Shown here one piece after another: positions 17,985 to 29,315 of a stretch of 64,000 nt of DNA. This DNA comes from Chloroflexota bacterium (GTDB taxonomy: Bacteria; Chloroflexota; Anaerolineae; Anaerolineales; JBFLVL01): NCBI GenBank assembly GCA_040758495.1, contig JBFLVL010000001.1, positions 20,384-84,383 of the forward strand, given 5' to 3'. How positions within the stretch are numbered: position 1 is the stretch's first letter; every line of letters starts with the position of its first letter. Below the pieces are notes generated by a model, which saw only the letters and a list, made by a program, of their open reading frames with translations, searched no databases and was not told the DNA's origin. Made by a program: the position numbers and the translations under genes.

Positions 17985-19580
17985 TTAACATAATGGTTCT
18001 CCAACCATGCAGTAGAAAGTTTTCCCAAATCGCTGCTGACCTTCGTCTCCTAACACTTTTTCCAGCGGCCATCTTTCCAGGTCATCCCAAAATTGCAACA
18101 GATGCCAGGGAAAAGGAAGTGGATAATCAAAGTAAAAGAAATATGCATAATTCCAGGCACGCTCAATTTGCTCTGGAGAGAGACGATATATCCCGGAATC
18201 TGAAATAAAACTTTCTAAAAGGCTGAAATATTCATCCCAAGAATGAGGATCTAAAGTAAAGCCTTTTCCACGATAGTGTGTTTGCCCACACACAATGACC
18301 GGGATTCCAATCATAGACATTTCCATGCCTACCGTTGTAGTGTAAGCCAAACCCAGATTGGAGATTTCTACAAGATCGTAGGTGTTAACCTGTGCATCAG
18401 CCTCGATGAGGTGAATGTGCTCTGGCATTATCGGTAAAGCTCGTCGTGCTACCTCAACCATAGAGGTCCCATGGGGAAGCAGCAGTGATTCGTTTGGATG
18501 GATGCGAACTACCAATTGAACCCCTGAACGGCTGGCGAAAAATTGTAGTGTGCGTTCCAACCAATCCGTCATACCTTTACTAAAGATTTGCCTCTTTAGT
18601 GTTACTGAATCGCCCAGCAGATTTGGAACCAGCAGGATGATAGGACGGGAATCAAGACCAAGTTTTGCATGTATGTCCTCACTGCCCTGTCGGGGCAGAT
18701 TTTGCCATTGGCGAGAGAACTCTTCCCATAAACGTGCCTCCTGCCGGGCCTCAAACAAAGACGTAATCATTTTCCATTGTTCAGGGGATAGTTGACGGTC
18801 TTTATAGAGAGCCCAGAGGTCATCAGTCTCTTGAAGCATCACCTCTGAATTTTGTGCCAGCCAGAGATGTCCTCGTTTTTCATCAAATTCATAAGTGACC
18901 ACAGGAACACTTAGATATTTCACTACTTGGTAGACTGCACCGAATTCCAGGATAGTGCCATTGGGAATAATAACCACATCGGGACGGTGGCGCTGCAGCC
19001 ATGTCAACGCCGCGCAGGCGACGTCGGTGTTGCGCTTCAAGCGAAACCGATAAAGATCGTCCTCAAGGTTTACTTCTTCTGTTTGTAAAATGTATTGTGA
19101 GTCGTTGAGTGCCTGGTTTTCAATGGACTTCTTCAATTTAGCAGGGAGAGACTTATTAAAGGGGGAGCTGTCTAGCCATGAAATAGAACGAATCAGCGGT
19201 TTGGCCTGTGCCAGGATTTGACGCACATAGGCATTATGCCGGCGAAGGTCGAAGCGGTTGATGGGCTTTTGCCATTTCGGATAGGGTAAATACGCCAGGC
19301 TAACCTCGTTCCCCAGACCAGCCAGAGCCAAACCCAGCACAGTTGTGTGTGCAACCCAATGTGGTAATGTGGCAAAGAGCAATACTTTACGCTGTGGTTT
19401 AATTTTGTTTTGGGATGAGGCGGCTTGTTCACATAATACGGGTAAAGCCCTGGCCAGTTTTTTTAACTTGAAACCTCGGATTGGTTTGCCGGATTGCATA
19501 ATGTGCCAGTACACCTCAGCAGTGAGGGGTAATTCACCAAGCATTTTCTTTATTGATGACTTAGCGGGGATCATTCTCAT
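17985..19580 (-). CDS. uncharacterised GT-B protein of the capsule-synthesis (KpsS/KpsC, beta-Kdo-transferase-like) type
   Basis: VVRIHPNE and YTTTVGMEMSMIGIPVIVCGQTHY resemble Capsule_synth motifs. The ATG at 19580 forms an ATGA overlap with the wzt stop. The longest ORF (19640) would overlap wzt by 64 nt. Confidence 0.55.
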   Translation of the reverse strand: MRMIPAKSSIKKMLGELPLTAEVYWHIMQSGKPIRGFKLKKLARALPVLCEQAASSQNKIKPQRKVLLFATLPHWVAHTTVLGLALAGLGNEVSLAYLPYPKWQKPINRFDLRRHNAYVRQILAQAKPLIRSISWLDSSPFNKSLPAKLKKSIENQALNDSQYILQTEEVNLEDDLYRFRLKRNTDVACAALTWLQRHRPDVVIIPNGTILEFGAVYQVVKYLSVPVVTYEFDEKRGHLWLAQNSEVMLQETDDLWALYKDRQLSPEQWKMITSLFEARQEARLWEEFSRQWQNLPRQGSEDIHAKLGLDSRPIILLVPNLLGDSVTLKRQIFSKGMTDWLERTLQFFASRSGVQLVVRIHPNESLLLPHGTSMVEVARRALPIMPEHIHLIEADAQVNTYDLVEISNLGLAYTTTVGMEMSMIGIPVIVCGQTHYRGKGFTLDPHSWDEYFSLLESFISDSGIYRLSPEQIERAWNYAYFFYFDYPLPFPWHLLQFWDDLERWPLEKVLGDEGQQRFGKTFYCMVGEPLC

Positions 19581-20842
19581 AGCCTCTCTATCTGCCAATC
19601 GAGGCGTGGGCGTAATAACCCCAGTCGTTGCTCTGGCCACTGCTTTCCTGGTGCACCGGCTCCATCAACGGAAAACACCAGAGCTCGCTCCTCTTGAAAG
19701 TAACGTTTCACCTGGAATGAACTGGCATTAATACCCAAGACATAACGACCGTCGTTCAATGTATCTGCTGGTACTGTGCATCGGCTAATATAACGCCCCG
19801 CCTCACGTGTACCGAAACGCTCGTACTGTTCCGGTTCGTCGGTATCAAAGGATATAAATACATATTCTCCATGTACACTCATCAGGTAAATGCCCACTCG
19901 AAGCCCTTTGGTTGGTTTATCGAGAAGGTATTCAATCTCAATGGTGATTGGTTCTATGGAACGAAGGATGTCTACAATTTCACTGCGCGCGTCTCGCACT
20001 TTTATGGCCAGGGGACGAAAAGGATAAGCCTCTGGGGGCACCTCGTCCTGCGTCCAGGTTCGTTCTCCAGATTTGGAGAAGCCAGATCCCAGGTAATGGT
20101 CTACAGCTTGATTAGAGGCAGCCCAATAAATCAGCTTGCCGTTGTCCAACACAAGGGTCTCCTCGGTTAAACGTAGTATTGCCGACATGTTGTGACTGAC
20201 AAACAATACCGTGCGACCTTCATGAGCCACGTCGCTCATCTTGCCTAGGCACTTGCGTTGAAACTCGGCATCCCCCACCGCCAGCACCTCATCTACAACC
20301 AGGATTTCAGGCTCAAGATGGGCAGCCACAGCGAAGGCTAATCGCAGGTACATTCCACTGGAGTAACGCTTGACGGGTGTGTCAATGAACTTTTCCACCT
20401 CGGCGAATGAGACAATCTCGTCAAACTTGCGATCAATTTCTCTGCGTTTCATCCCCAAAATGGCGCCGTTCAGATAGATGTTCTCGCGTCCTGTGAGTTC
20501 AGGATGGAAACCAGTGCCGACCTCCAACAGAGAACCCACTCGTCCGTGGATTTCCGCGTACCCCTCCGTCGGCTCCGTTACTCTAGAGAGAATCTTTAGC
20601 AGCGTGCTTTTCCCAGCCCCGTTACGACCGATCACACCCAGAACCTGACCTTTGTGTACCTCAAAAGAGACATCCTTCAGTGCCCAGATAAAATCCGTGG
20701 GGGAAGGAAGTTTTCGCTGCAAAGCCCGAATTGGCCAGGTCACAGCGTCCACAAGGGTATCGCGTAGGGTGTGGTAGCTGTCAACCTGGATACCGATTTT
20801 ATATTGCTTGCTGATATTCTCTACACGAATGGCAACGGTCAT
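19577..20842 (-). CDS. wzt: polysaccharide ABC exporter ATP-binding protein (Wzt/TagH type) with C-terminal glycan-binding-like domain
   Basis: Walker A GRNGAGKSTLLK, signature YSSGMYLRLAFA and Walker B ILVVDEVL. A further ~170 aa beta-rich extension resembles Wzt_C. Confidence 0.9.
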   Translation of the reverse strand: MTVAIRVENISKQYKIGIQVDSYHTLRDTLVDAVTWPIRALQRKLPSPTDFIWALKDVSFEVHKGQVLGVIGRNGAGKSTLLKILSRVTEPTEGYAEIHGRVGSLLEVGTGFHPELTGRENIYLNGAILGMKRREIDRKFDEIVSFAEVEKFIDTPVKRYSSGMYLRLAFAVAAHLEPEILVVDEVLAVGDAEFQRKCLGKMSDVAHEGRTVLFVSHNMSAILRLTEETLVLDNGKLIYWAASNQAVDHYLGSGFSKSGERTWTQDEVPPEAYPFRPLAIKVRDARSEIVDILRSIEPITIEIEYLLDKPTKGLRVGIYLMSVHGEYVFISFDTDEPEQYERFGTREAGRYISRCTVPADTLNDGRYVLGINASSFQVKRYFQEERALVFSVDGAGAPGKQWPEQRLGLLRPRLDWQIERL

Positions 20843-20848
20843 AATTGC

Positions 20849-21693
20849 TCAGATCATATCTGCGAAGGTGCGTTCCATGCGTCGGAAATAGAACAGCCCA
20901 GTAATCAGAACACCCACAGAAATTGCCGCAGAAACCGCCAACATCGGACCAGGGGCCGTTTCTGTTCCAAGTAACGCCCAACGGAATCCCTCTACTACAC
21001 CGGTCATAGGATTTAGTGCATAAACCAACTGCCACTTTTCGGGTACCATGCTTGAGGGATAAGCAATAGGGGTAATAAACAGCCAGAATTGAGTCAGGAA
21101 AGGGATGATATAACCGATATCCCGGTACGTTACGTTTAAAGCCGAAAGCCACAATCCCACGCCAAAAGCGGTAATGAGTGCCAGTATCAGGAAGAGGGGC
21201 AAAGACCATACCACGTTGGTGGGAGAAATTTGGTAATACCACATCATCCCTAGTAAAACGATGAAAGCTATGGCAAAGTCAACCACACTACTAAAGAGGG
21301 ATGATAAGGGAATCACCAGACGAGGAAAATATACCTTGGTGATCATGTGTCGGCTGGCCACCAGGGATCGTCCGGCATCACTCAATGCTTTGGAAAACAT
21401 TCCCCATGGGAGAAGCGCTGTGTAAGAGAAGATGGGGTAAGGGACATTATCTGAAGGCACTTTGGCTAACTGTCCGAAGAAGATGCTGAACACCACCATG
21501 GTGAAAAATGGCTGGATAATCGCCCAGGCAGCACCTAGAAGTGTCTGCTTGTAGCGTACTTTGAGATCGCGCCAGGTGAGGAAGTAGATCAACTCCCGAT
21601 AACGCCACAGGTCGCCCAAATTAAGGGCCGACCATCCGCGGGATGGGCGCAAGATCAAAACATCAGTTCGAGACTCTGCATTGGTTTGAGACA

Positions 21694-21694
<1 letters not shown>
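20849..21694 (-). CDS. wzm: ABC-2 type polysaccharide exporter permease (Wzm/TagG/KpsM type)
   Basis: RYRELIYFLTWRDLKVRYKQTLLGAAWAIIQP is the canonical ABC-2 N-terminal motif. Six predicted TM segments. Confidence 0.9.
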
Positions 21695-23716
<2,022 letters not shown>

Positions 23717-23720
<4 letters not shown>

Positions 23721-24190
23721 GCATCCTCCTTTAGGTGCAATCGAACTTTGTAACCCTGTACTTCCAATGCGGGTACCTCTGCTGAACCGTCCACCCTCAT
23801 GCCTTGTTCCATACAAGTCAGTCGGCAGATATCTGCGATATCACCTTCGCCAATGATTCGTACTTTGTCGTATCCTGCCTGCCTGACATCGGATAGCAGC
23901 TCTCGCACGCGCTGGCGTGTTTTTCGGTACAGGTGCATGGAGTGCTCTATGTAGTTGACTGTAAGCCGGGCGCGAAAGGTGATGCCCTTTGGGGTGATGA
24001 TATAACGCAATTTCTTCCGTTGAGCACGCTTGGCTTTTATGTATCCTTTTTCGATCAGCCTTTTTAAATGCCAGTTGATGGTGCCCACCGCAACGCCGAG
24101 CTGTGCAGCCAGGGAAGCCTGATTGACATTCGGATCGCGTTCTATTTCTTCCAGTAGGAGAAGTTCTCGTGTTTCTGGTGAAGTGTCCAT
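23717..24190 (-). CDS. MarR-like winged-helix regulator of the EPS-associated type, with a small C-terminal domain
   Basis: NQASLAAQLGVAVGTINWHLKRLIEKGYIKAKR....YIITPKGITFRARLTVNYIEHSM resembles the MarR-family EPS-associated regulator family, from memory. I prefer the ATG at 24190 over the TTG at 24205. Confidence 0.7.
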
Positions 24191-24205
24191 GTATTTAATT
24201 TCCAA

Positions 24206-24222
24206 AATTCAGTTTCTGAATT
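24206..24222 (-). promoter_or_regulatory. perfect palindromic operator candidate AATTCAG-TTT-CTGAATT
   Basis: A 7+3+7 perfect inverted repeat between the -10 box and the regulator start codon. Confidence 0.55.
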
Positions 24223-24247
24223 ATAATCCAGGGTAATAAAAGGTCAA
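24220..24247 (-). promoter_or_regulatory. sigma-70-type promoter TTGACC-N16-TATAAT reading into the regulator and downstream cluster genes
   Basis: On the minus strand, TTGACC lies at 24247-24242 and TATAAT at 24225-24220. The -10 box overlaps the palindrome. Confidence 0.6.
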
Positions 24248-24391
24248 GGGGTGACTTTGAAGACCTGCACCAAGTGCAACACAATTTATATTGTCCTGGG
24301 GATGCTTACGATATTTTTAGGGAATGGAGTTTTGCCAACGAACGTACAGCCAAGCTGTATGAGTCTCCGTCACATTGATTCCAGGTACAAG

Positions 24392-25942
24392 CTACCTTGC
24401 TGTCCGTCTCAGGGAAAAATAAAGGAGACAACCAACGATAACCACGATAACAGCCTCGAGTACATACATCTTATACGACATCCATGGACCGCTGCTCATC
24501 CAATAGAAAATGTTAGGAGCTTCACTGCCCACAGCGTTTTCAAACACCTGATTTGGGAAAAATAAGGAAAACAAATGAGAGAAAATGTAAGGAACATTAT
24601 TCAGCGACAACCATACTCTTGAAAAACCAATTGTCAGAATAATAAATAAAACCAGAGTGCTGGGGCGCAAGCGATAAGAATTAGCCACCTGAGCAATAGG
24701 TAAGACGAACAGTGGAAAAACATTAATGGCAATACGCGACTCACTTGCGAGAAAGATAAATAACCCAAGAAGCACATTTAGTGTTAGCCCTAAGCCATAC
24801 CTCTGAATGAAATGGGTCATCGGTTTCCACCAAAATAGTGCCAGGAGTACTATCGGGCCATAGAAAAAGACATGAGCAACAAAGAATACTCCGGGAGTTA
24901 CAATTGGTTCAAGAAGAATATTACTTACAAGGTTTGTCATTATGGGGCTTGGAACAGAGATTTGTCGCTGTATTATCTTGACTCCAAGTACGCAAAGCAG
25001 CACTGCAAGCCATGTGGCAGACCGAAAATTTTTTAACCAATACTTGGGATCAAAGAATCGATTCACATCCAACAACGGGACTAATGCATAGAACCAGAAA
25101 AGAAGGGTAACAAATATACTAATAGGTAACAATGGCTCATATGGTGGTTCGGGAAAATCGGGATTGGGATGAAATACTGCCCAAACCAAACCGAACAAAA
25201 GCAAGAAACTGGTCACCAGAGCGACCCAGAAGTTTAGATGTCGTGGCGCAGAAGACCACTTAGTCTCTAAGCCGCTTTCATCCTTCCGGAAAAGCAAAAA
25301 TAATGTGCCTTCGTAGAGAAGAATAGGCCAAGTAAAGGCTCCTACAATTGTAAGAAGCAATAGGCATACCCTGTTATTCGAAAGATAGAAGTACAACATC
25401 CCAATACTGATGGCAAAACCTGAGACATCTGTCAACACAGGATAAAATGAAACCCATTTTGTCAAGGCGAAACTGCCAAATATTCCTAGAAAACCCACAA
25501 GTTTCCCGGCAGGGCCGATTTTCATTCTGTTGCATATGAGGCACCAAGCGAGAGAACTCAATACCAGAAGCCCAACATTGAGCATGGCAAATCCCAGCAC
25601 AATATTAGGGGTTGTTAGCGGCAGTTGGAAAAGTTGTAGCGTATAACGCACAATCTGTGATGGAAAAACGCGCTGGATATAGTAGGAATCCACCCGCTGT
25701 AAGAAAATGTCTTTTAAGGAAACCTTCTTCGCGATCCATCCATAAGTATTTCCATCATAGCCCAATCCATCCTTTACTAATATTTTTTCTCCAAACAGAG
25801 CTCCAGTTAAAGAAATAATAGCAACAGTTATGATAAGAACAAAATCGAGGCGGGAAAGTTGAATTTTAGAAATTAGCTTTCCCAATACAGATTTCACCCT
25901 AAACATAAATGGACGAGTGGTGAGTTTATTTCTATTAGACAT
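24392..25942 (-). CDS. polytopic membrane protein, unassigned (candidate polymerase, ligase or GT-C-like transferase)
   Basis: 516 aa with at least 10 hydrophobic segments. The first loop has DGLGYDGNTYGWIAK. The DNA is markedly AT-richer than its neighbours. Confidence 0.6.
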   Translation of the reverse strand: MSNRNKLTTRPFMFRVKSVLGKLISKIQLSRLDFVLIITVAIISLTGALFGEKILVKDGLGYDGNTYGWIAKKVSLKDIFLQRVDSYYIQRVFPSQIVRYTLQLFQLPLTTPNIVLGFAMLNVGLLVLSSLAWCLICNRMKIGPAGKLVGFLGIFGSFALTKWVSFYPVLTDVSGFAISIGMLYFYLSNNRVCLLLLTIVGAFTWPILLYEGTLFLLFRKDESGLETKWSSAPRHLNFWVALVTSFLLLFGLVWAVFHPNPDFPEPPYEPLLPISIFVTLLFWFYALVPLLDVNRFFDPKYWLKNFRSATWLAVLLCVLGVKIIQRQISVPSPIMTNLVSNILLEPIVTPGVFFVAHVFFYGPIVLLALFWWKPMTHFIQRYGLGLTLNVLLGLFIFLASESRIAINVFPLFVLPIAQVANSYRLRPSTLVLFIILTIGFSRVWLSLNNVPYIFSHLFSLFFPNQVFENAVGSEAPNIFYWMSSGPWMSYKMYVLEAVIVVIVGCLLYFSLRRTAR

Positions 25943-26040
25943 TGTTATCTACTTTGATCTGTTTCACGATTAACGATTCTCATTTTCATTTTGAGGGATT
26001 ATGTATCCTTCAGAGGTATCTGTTCACTTCAGTTGCTGAT

Positions 26041-28026
26041 TCAATAGTTACAGTCTGTTCCACTACGCGGTACATATAAAGTCATATTGAGCTCCGAAAT
26101 GGTTAGTTTAGGCCTATAATCACAAAGTAAAGGTTGAGTCACCCGAAAAACCCAAATATCATTTTCTTCTCCAAAACCATAACTATAACTTTTATAAACT
26201 TCGAGCTGTGTTTTGACTACTATCATACTAAACCGGTGGTTTTTTAGATCATTATGAAATCGGTTGAGGTATGGTTGGTTGTTGGTGTAAACCATTGCGG
26301 ACAATTCCACAAGTTCGTAGTCTGGAACCAGGACGACACCTTTGATGTACTGGAAGGTGAGAAGTTGTCGTTGATTGATAAATAAAACCTCCCCCTGGGA
26401 TGCCGCGGTAACGATACGGGATTGCATGGTCTGGATATTTCGATTAGCAGCCTGATAATCATAAATGCTGATGGGCTGAATACCTTGGATAACAAACACC
26501 AGAGGGATTAATACAGATAAAGTTACCACCCACCTTGTGAGTTTAAAAGGATCACAGGCGGGAGTATCAAACGTAAAGCGATTGAAGGCCATATAGCCAC
26601 CTGTGATCATCAGGCATACCAAATAAGCATCCAGATTATGCAAATCGCTACCGCCGCCTATTTTGGTACTTACAAACACACCGCCTGCAAAGAGCACCAA
26701 AGTGATTAAAAACAATCCAATCAATCTGATAGGTTGCCAGTTGTGCAGGAAACTCCCGAACACATCCACCATTAACCACCACAGAGGGAACGAAATTAAA
26801 ATTATCCCTGGAATAACCCCTAGAGGGTAAGTTGGGCTTGGAAGTAGTCTATACCAGTAAGAGGGTGTGAAACCAAAACTAAATAGGGTTACCCAATCAC
26901 TGTTCGTTACGCGAAGAGCAAACGCACTTCCCAGGATCGAGGTTGCCAGTCCTAGAGTAAACCAAACAGCAGGTTTGCTTAGATAATGGAATTTCTTGCG
27001 AAGGCTACCGATGGGCTCTTCGAGAAAGTACAACACAACCGCCAATAATCCCGGAACGGGATACCAGTTCAGGCGACTCATCCCAGCCCAAAATGAAGCA
27101 AGCACGATGCTAAACAATGAGCGCCATGGTCGTCGGGCGGAGACACCAAGCAGGATAACGATTATACAGATTTGTAGCTCATACTTCACACTGCCACTGA
27201 ACAAGTATAAAAAGACCAAACAGGCGAACAACCATCGAATTAACCGATCGGAAATCTTGAGCCGAAAAGCCAGTATCAGGCTGGTTGTTGATGTTATTCC
27301 AATCCCTAGCAATATCGTCCATAGGCGGTGCACCCATATTGGGTAACTACCAAGTAAGAATGGCAAAGAATCGAGCAATGCTCTGGATGGGTACACGATG
27401 GACATGGGTAGCTGAAGACCATATAGTTTCTGGGATGCAACCAAAGAGGCGTAATAGATATAACTGCTTTCTGACCAGTCTAATGATAAAGGATAATTAT
27501 TTATCTGTGGAAGGAAGGATATTATCTGAAGTTCAACTGCTGTAGCAATGATTGAGATAATTAATGTTTTCGACCATGTCATCTCATTCCCGATTTTTTT
27601 GATGACAAACATACTAAAGAAAATCACCCACCATAATAAGGCCAGCCGTATCCAAAAGCCATGCAATAACAAGCCAAAGTAAGAGTGGCTAAATGCCATT
27701 CCGATGATGATGTAGGCAGCAATGGCAACCAAAATCTCTGCCAAACACCAGAACCTGGCGGGGCGCTCAAGAAGCTCAATAAAATTCATAAATCGGGATT
27801 GCCAATGCCATAGAATAACAATTGAAGATATAGCAAACAAACAACTGAATATATAGACTAAAAATAATACTGTCCAACCGGAAAGAAAAGAAAAAACAAC
27901 CTCTATTTTTTGCATGGTACTCACTGTTTGGTAGAAAGCTAGGACAGATATAAAAGCTTCAGTAGCCAAAAATAATCCCCAAAGTATCGTGTTCTGACGA
28001 TTGTGGTGTTGTTTTTGTTCTGACAT
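26041..28026 (-). CDS. polytopic membrane protein, unassigned (candidate GT-C / ArnT-like polyprenyl-phosphate-sugar-dependent transferase) with soluble C-terminal domain
   Basis: 661 aa with at least 12 hydrophobic segments, a loop motif LSLDWSESSYIYY and a ~130 aa non-hydrophobic C-terminus. AT-rich. Confidence 0.6.
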   Translation of the reverse strand: MSEQKQHHNRQNTILWGLFLATEAFISVLAFYQTVSTMQKIEVVFSFLSGWTVLFLVYIFSCLFAISSIVILWHWQSRFMNFIELLERPARFWCLAEILVAIAAYIIIGMAFSHSYFGLLLHGFWIRLALLWWVIFFSMFVIKKIGNEMTWSKTLIISIIATAVELQIISFLPQINNYPLSLDWSESSYIYYASLVASQKLYGLQLPMSIVYPSRALLDSLPFLLGSYPIWVHRLWTILLGIGITSTTSLILAFRLKISDRLIRWLFACLVFLYLFSGSVKYELQICIIVILLGVSARRPWRSLFSIVLASFWAGMSRLNWYPVPGLLAVVLYFLEEPIGSLRKKFHYLSKPAVWFTLGLATSILGSAFALRVTNSDWVTLFSFGFTPSYWYRLLPSPTYPLGVIPGIILISFPLWWLMVDVFGSFLHNWQPIRLIGLFLITLVLFAGGVFVSTKIGGGSDLHNLDAYLVCLMITGGYMAFNRFTFDTPACDPFKLTRWVVTLSVLIPLVFVIQGIQPISIYDYQAANRNIQTMQSRIVTAASQGEVLFINQRQLLTFQYIKGVVLVPDYELVELSAMVYTNNQPYLNRFHNDLKNHRFSMIVVKTQLEVYKSYSYGFGEENDIWVFRVTQPLLCDYRPKLTISELNMTLYVPRSGTDCNY

Positions 28027-28096
28027 CTTTATCTCTTTTTCAAGGAGAGTTACTTTCAGACACTCTCCGTTTGCGTGTTGACTGCCAATGGTGTAA

Positions 28097-28351
28097 ATTT
28101 ATGGCAAACTTATCCGAGGGAGACGAACAGATAAGTTAGCCAAACCTGGTGTCTTTTGTCCAAATGAGGCCTGTCCAAACTGCAGTAAGCTTCAGAGCAG
28201 TGGAACATTAAAAAAATTCGGTAAGACCCCCAAAGGCGTGCAACGCTATCGTTGTCAAACTTGCCAGAAGATCTTTACCGAAACAAAAGGAACGGTCTTC
28301 TTCTGCTAGCGCACGACGGAGCATGAAATCATGGAAACTTTTTCTCAATGA
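28097..28351 (+). pseudogene. remnant of a transposase N-terminal zinc-ribbon domain (IS1/IS1595-like), no start codon, in-frame TAG, truncated
   Basis: The frame reads ..KPGVFCPNEACPNCSKLQSSGTLKKFGKTPKGVQRYRCQTCQKIFTETKGTVFFC*RTTEHEIMETFSQ*. The CxxC...QRYxCxxC pattern is typical of IS transposase zinc ribbons. It ends inside the 3' end of the opposing GT2 gene. Confidence 0.5.
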
Positions 28352-29315
28352 TATATCGTGGACGATTGCGAGATTCATATAGAGCTCTCCACAAGTATTC
28401 CCCCAATACACCCATCATTATCATCTGGATCCCTCCAATGACCAAGAATGCAACCATAAGAGACGCCCATCCTTGGGGGGGAAGACCGCGCCACGCATTC
28501 CACACTACCAGTCCTGCATATAGAAATCCAACAAAGGCGGTGGTAAGGCCTACATAGGTCATTACACGAATGGGGAAGTAAGTAAATGAGGTAATCGAGT
28601 CCACTACCAGTTTCAACTTTTTTTCTAGACTCCACCCTGAACTACCGTGTAGGCGAGGCAACTTTTTGTACCTGATAATCACTTGATGGAAACCCATCCA
28701 GGTGATCAAAGCCAAGATGCTGATTTGGCTTTCGTGAAACTGGTTGAAGGCCTCTATCACTCGCCGATCAACTAAGAAGAAATCCGCACCCTCAGCGGGT
28801 AAGTTCCTCAAGGCCCCCGTGCGACGCATCAGGGCATAGTACAGGCGGGCAAAACTCAGATAGGCAACATTCTCTCCCTCGCGCCGTGCCCTCACCGCCC
28901 AAACAACCTGAGCTCCCCGCTGCCATTCGATCACCAATTGTGGTATCTCCTCTGGTGGGTCCTGCAAGTCAGCAGCCATGACGATAGCGCAGTCACCCTG
29001 AGCATGATTGAGACCACAGGTAATAGCCATGTGTGAGCCAAAGTTGCGAGAAAAACGAAAGCCACGCAGGCGCCCATCCTGTTCCGCCAGACTGGTCAGT
29101 AACTCAAATGTTCCATCAGCAGAGTGATCATCCACCACAATCCATTCCCAATCTGCTTCTAAGCCATCGAGCACGTCAAGCAGACGTTGGTACAACACGG
29201 GCAAGTTTTTTGCCTCATTGTAGGCAGGTGTCACAATGGTGATAAAAGGTCGCTGGTTTGTACGTTCTTTTAAACCCGGTGCCGTCTCGGTGCTTCTGCC
29301 TGGTATGTTGTTCAT
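28329..29315 (-). CDS. GT2 polyprenyl-phosphate glycosyltransferase (ArnC/GtrB/DPM1-like)
   Basis: ITIVTPAYNEAKNLP...VVDDHSADGT, DADLQ-like AADLQDPPE and two C-terminal TM helices. The ATG at 29315 makes an ATGA overlap with the upstream stop. An alternative ATG lies at 29327. Confidence 0.85.
   Translation of the reverse strand: MNNIPGRSTETAPGLKERTNQRPFITIVTPAYNEAKNLPVLYQRLLDVLDGLEADWEWIVVDDHSADGTFELLTSLAEQDGRLRGFRFSRNFGSHMAITCGLNHAQGDCAIVMAADLQDPPEEIPQLVIEWQRGAQVVWAVRARREGENVAYLSFARLYYALMRRTGALRNLPAEGADFFLVDRRVIEAFNQFHESQISILALITWMGFHQVIIRYKKLPRLHGSSGWSLEKKLKLVVDSITSFTYFPIRVMTYVGLTTAFVGFLYAGLVVWNAWRGLPPQGWASLMVAFLVIGGIQMIMMGVLGEYLWRALYESRNRPRYIIEKKFP

Noticed and set aside
20799-21242. 147-aa minus-strand ORF in an alternative frame of wzm
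   Set aside because: It is out of frame with and overlaps the ABC-2 permease, whose frame carries the canonical family motif. The alternative frame has no features.
24251-24565. 104-aa plus-strand ORF starting in the promoter gap
   Set aside because: It uses a non-ATG start and runs antisense into the 3' end of the 516-aa membrane protein gene. The gap is better explained by the minus-strand promoter and operator.
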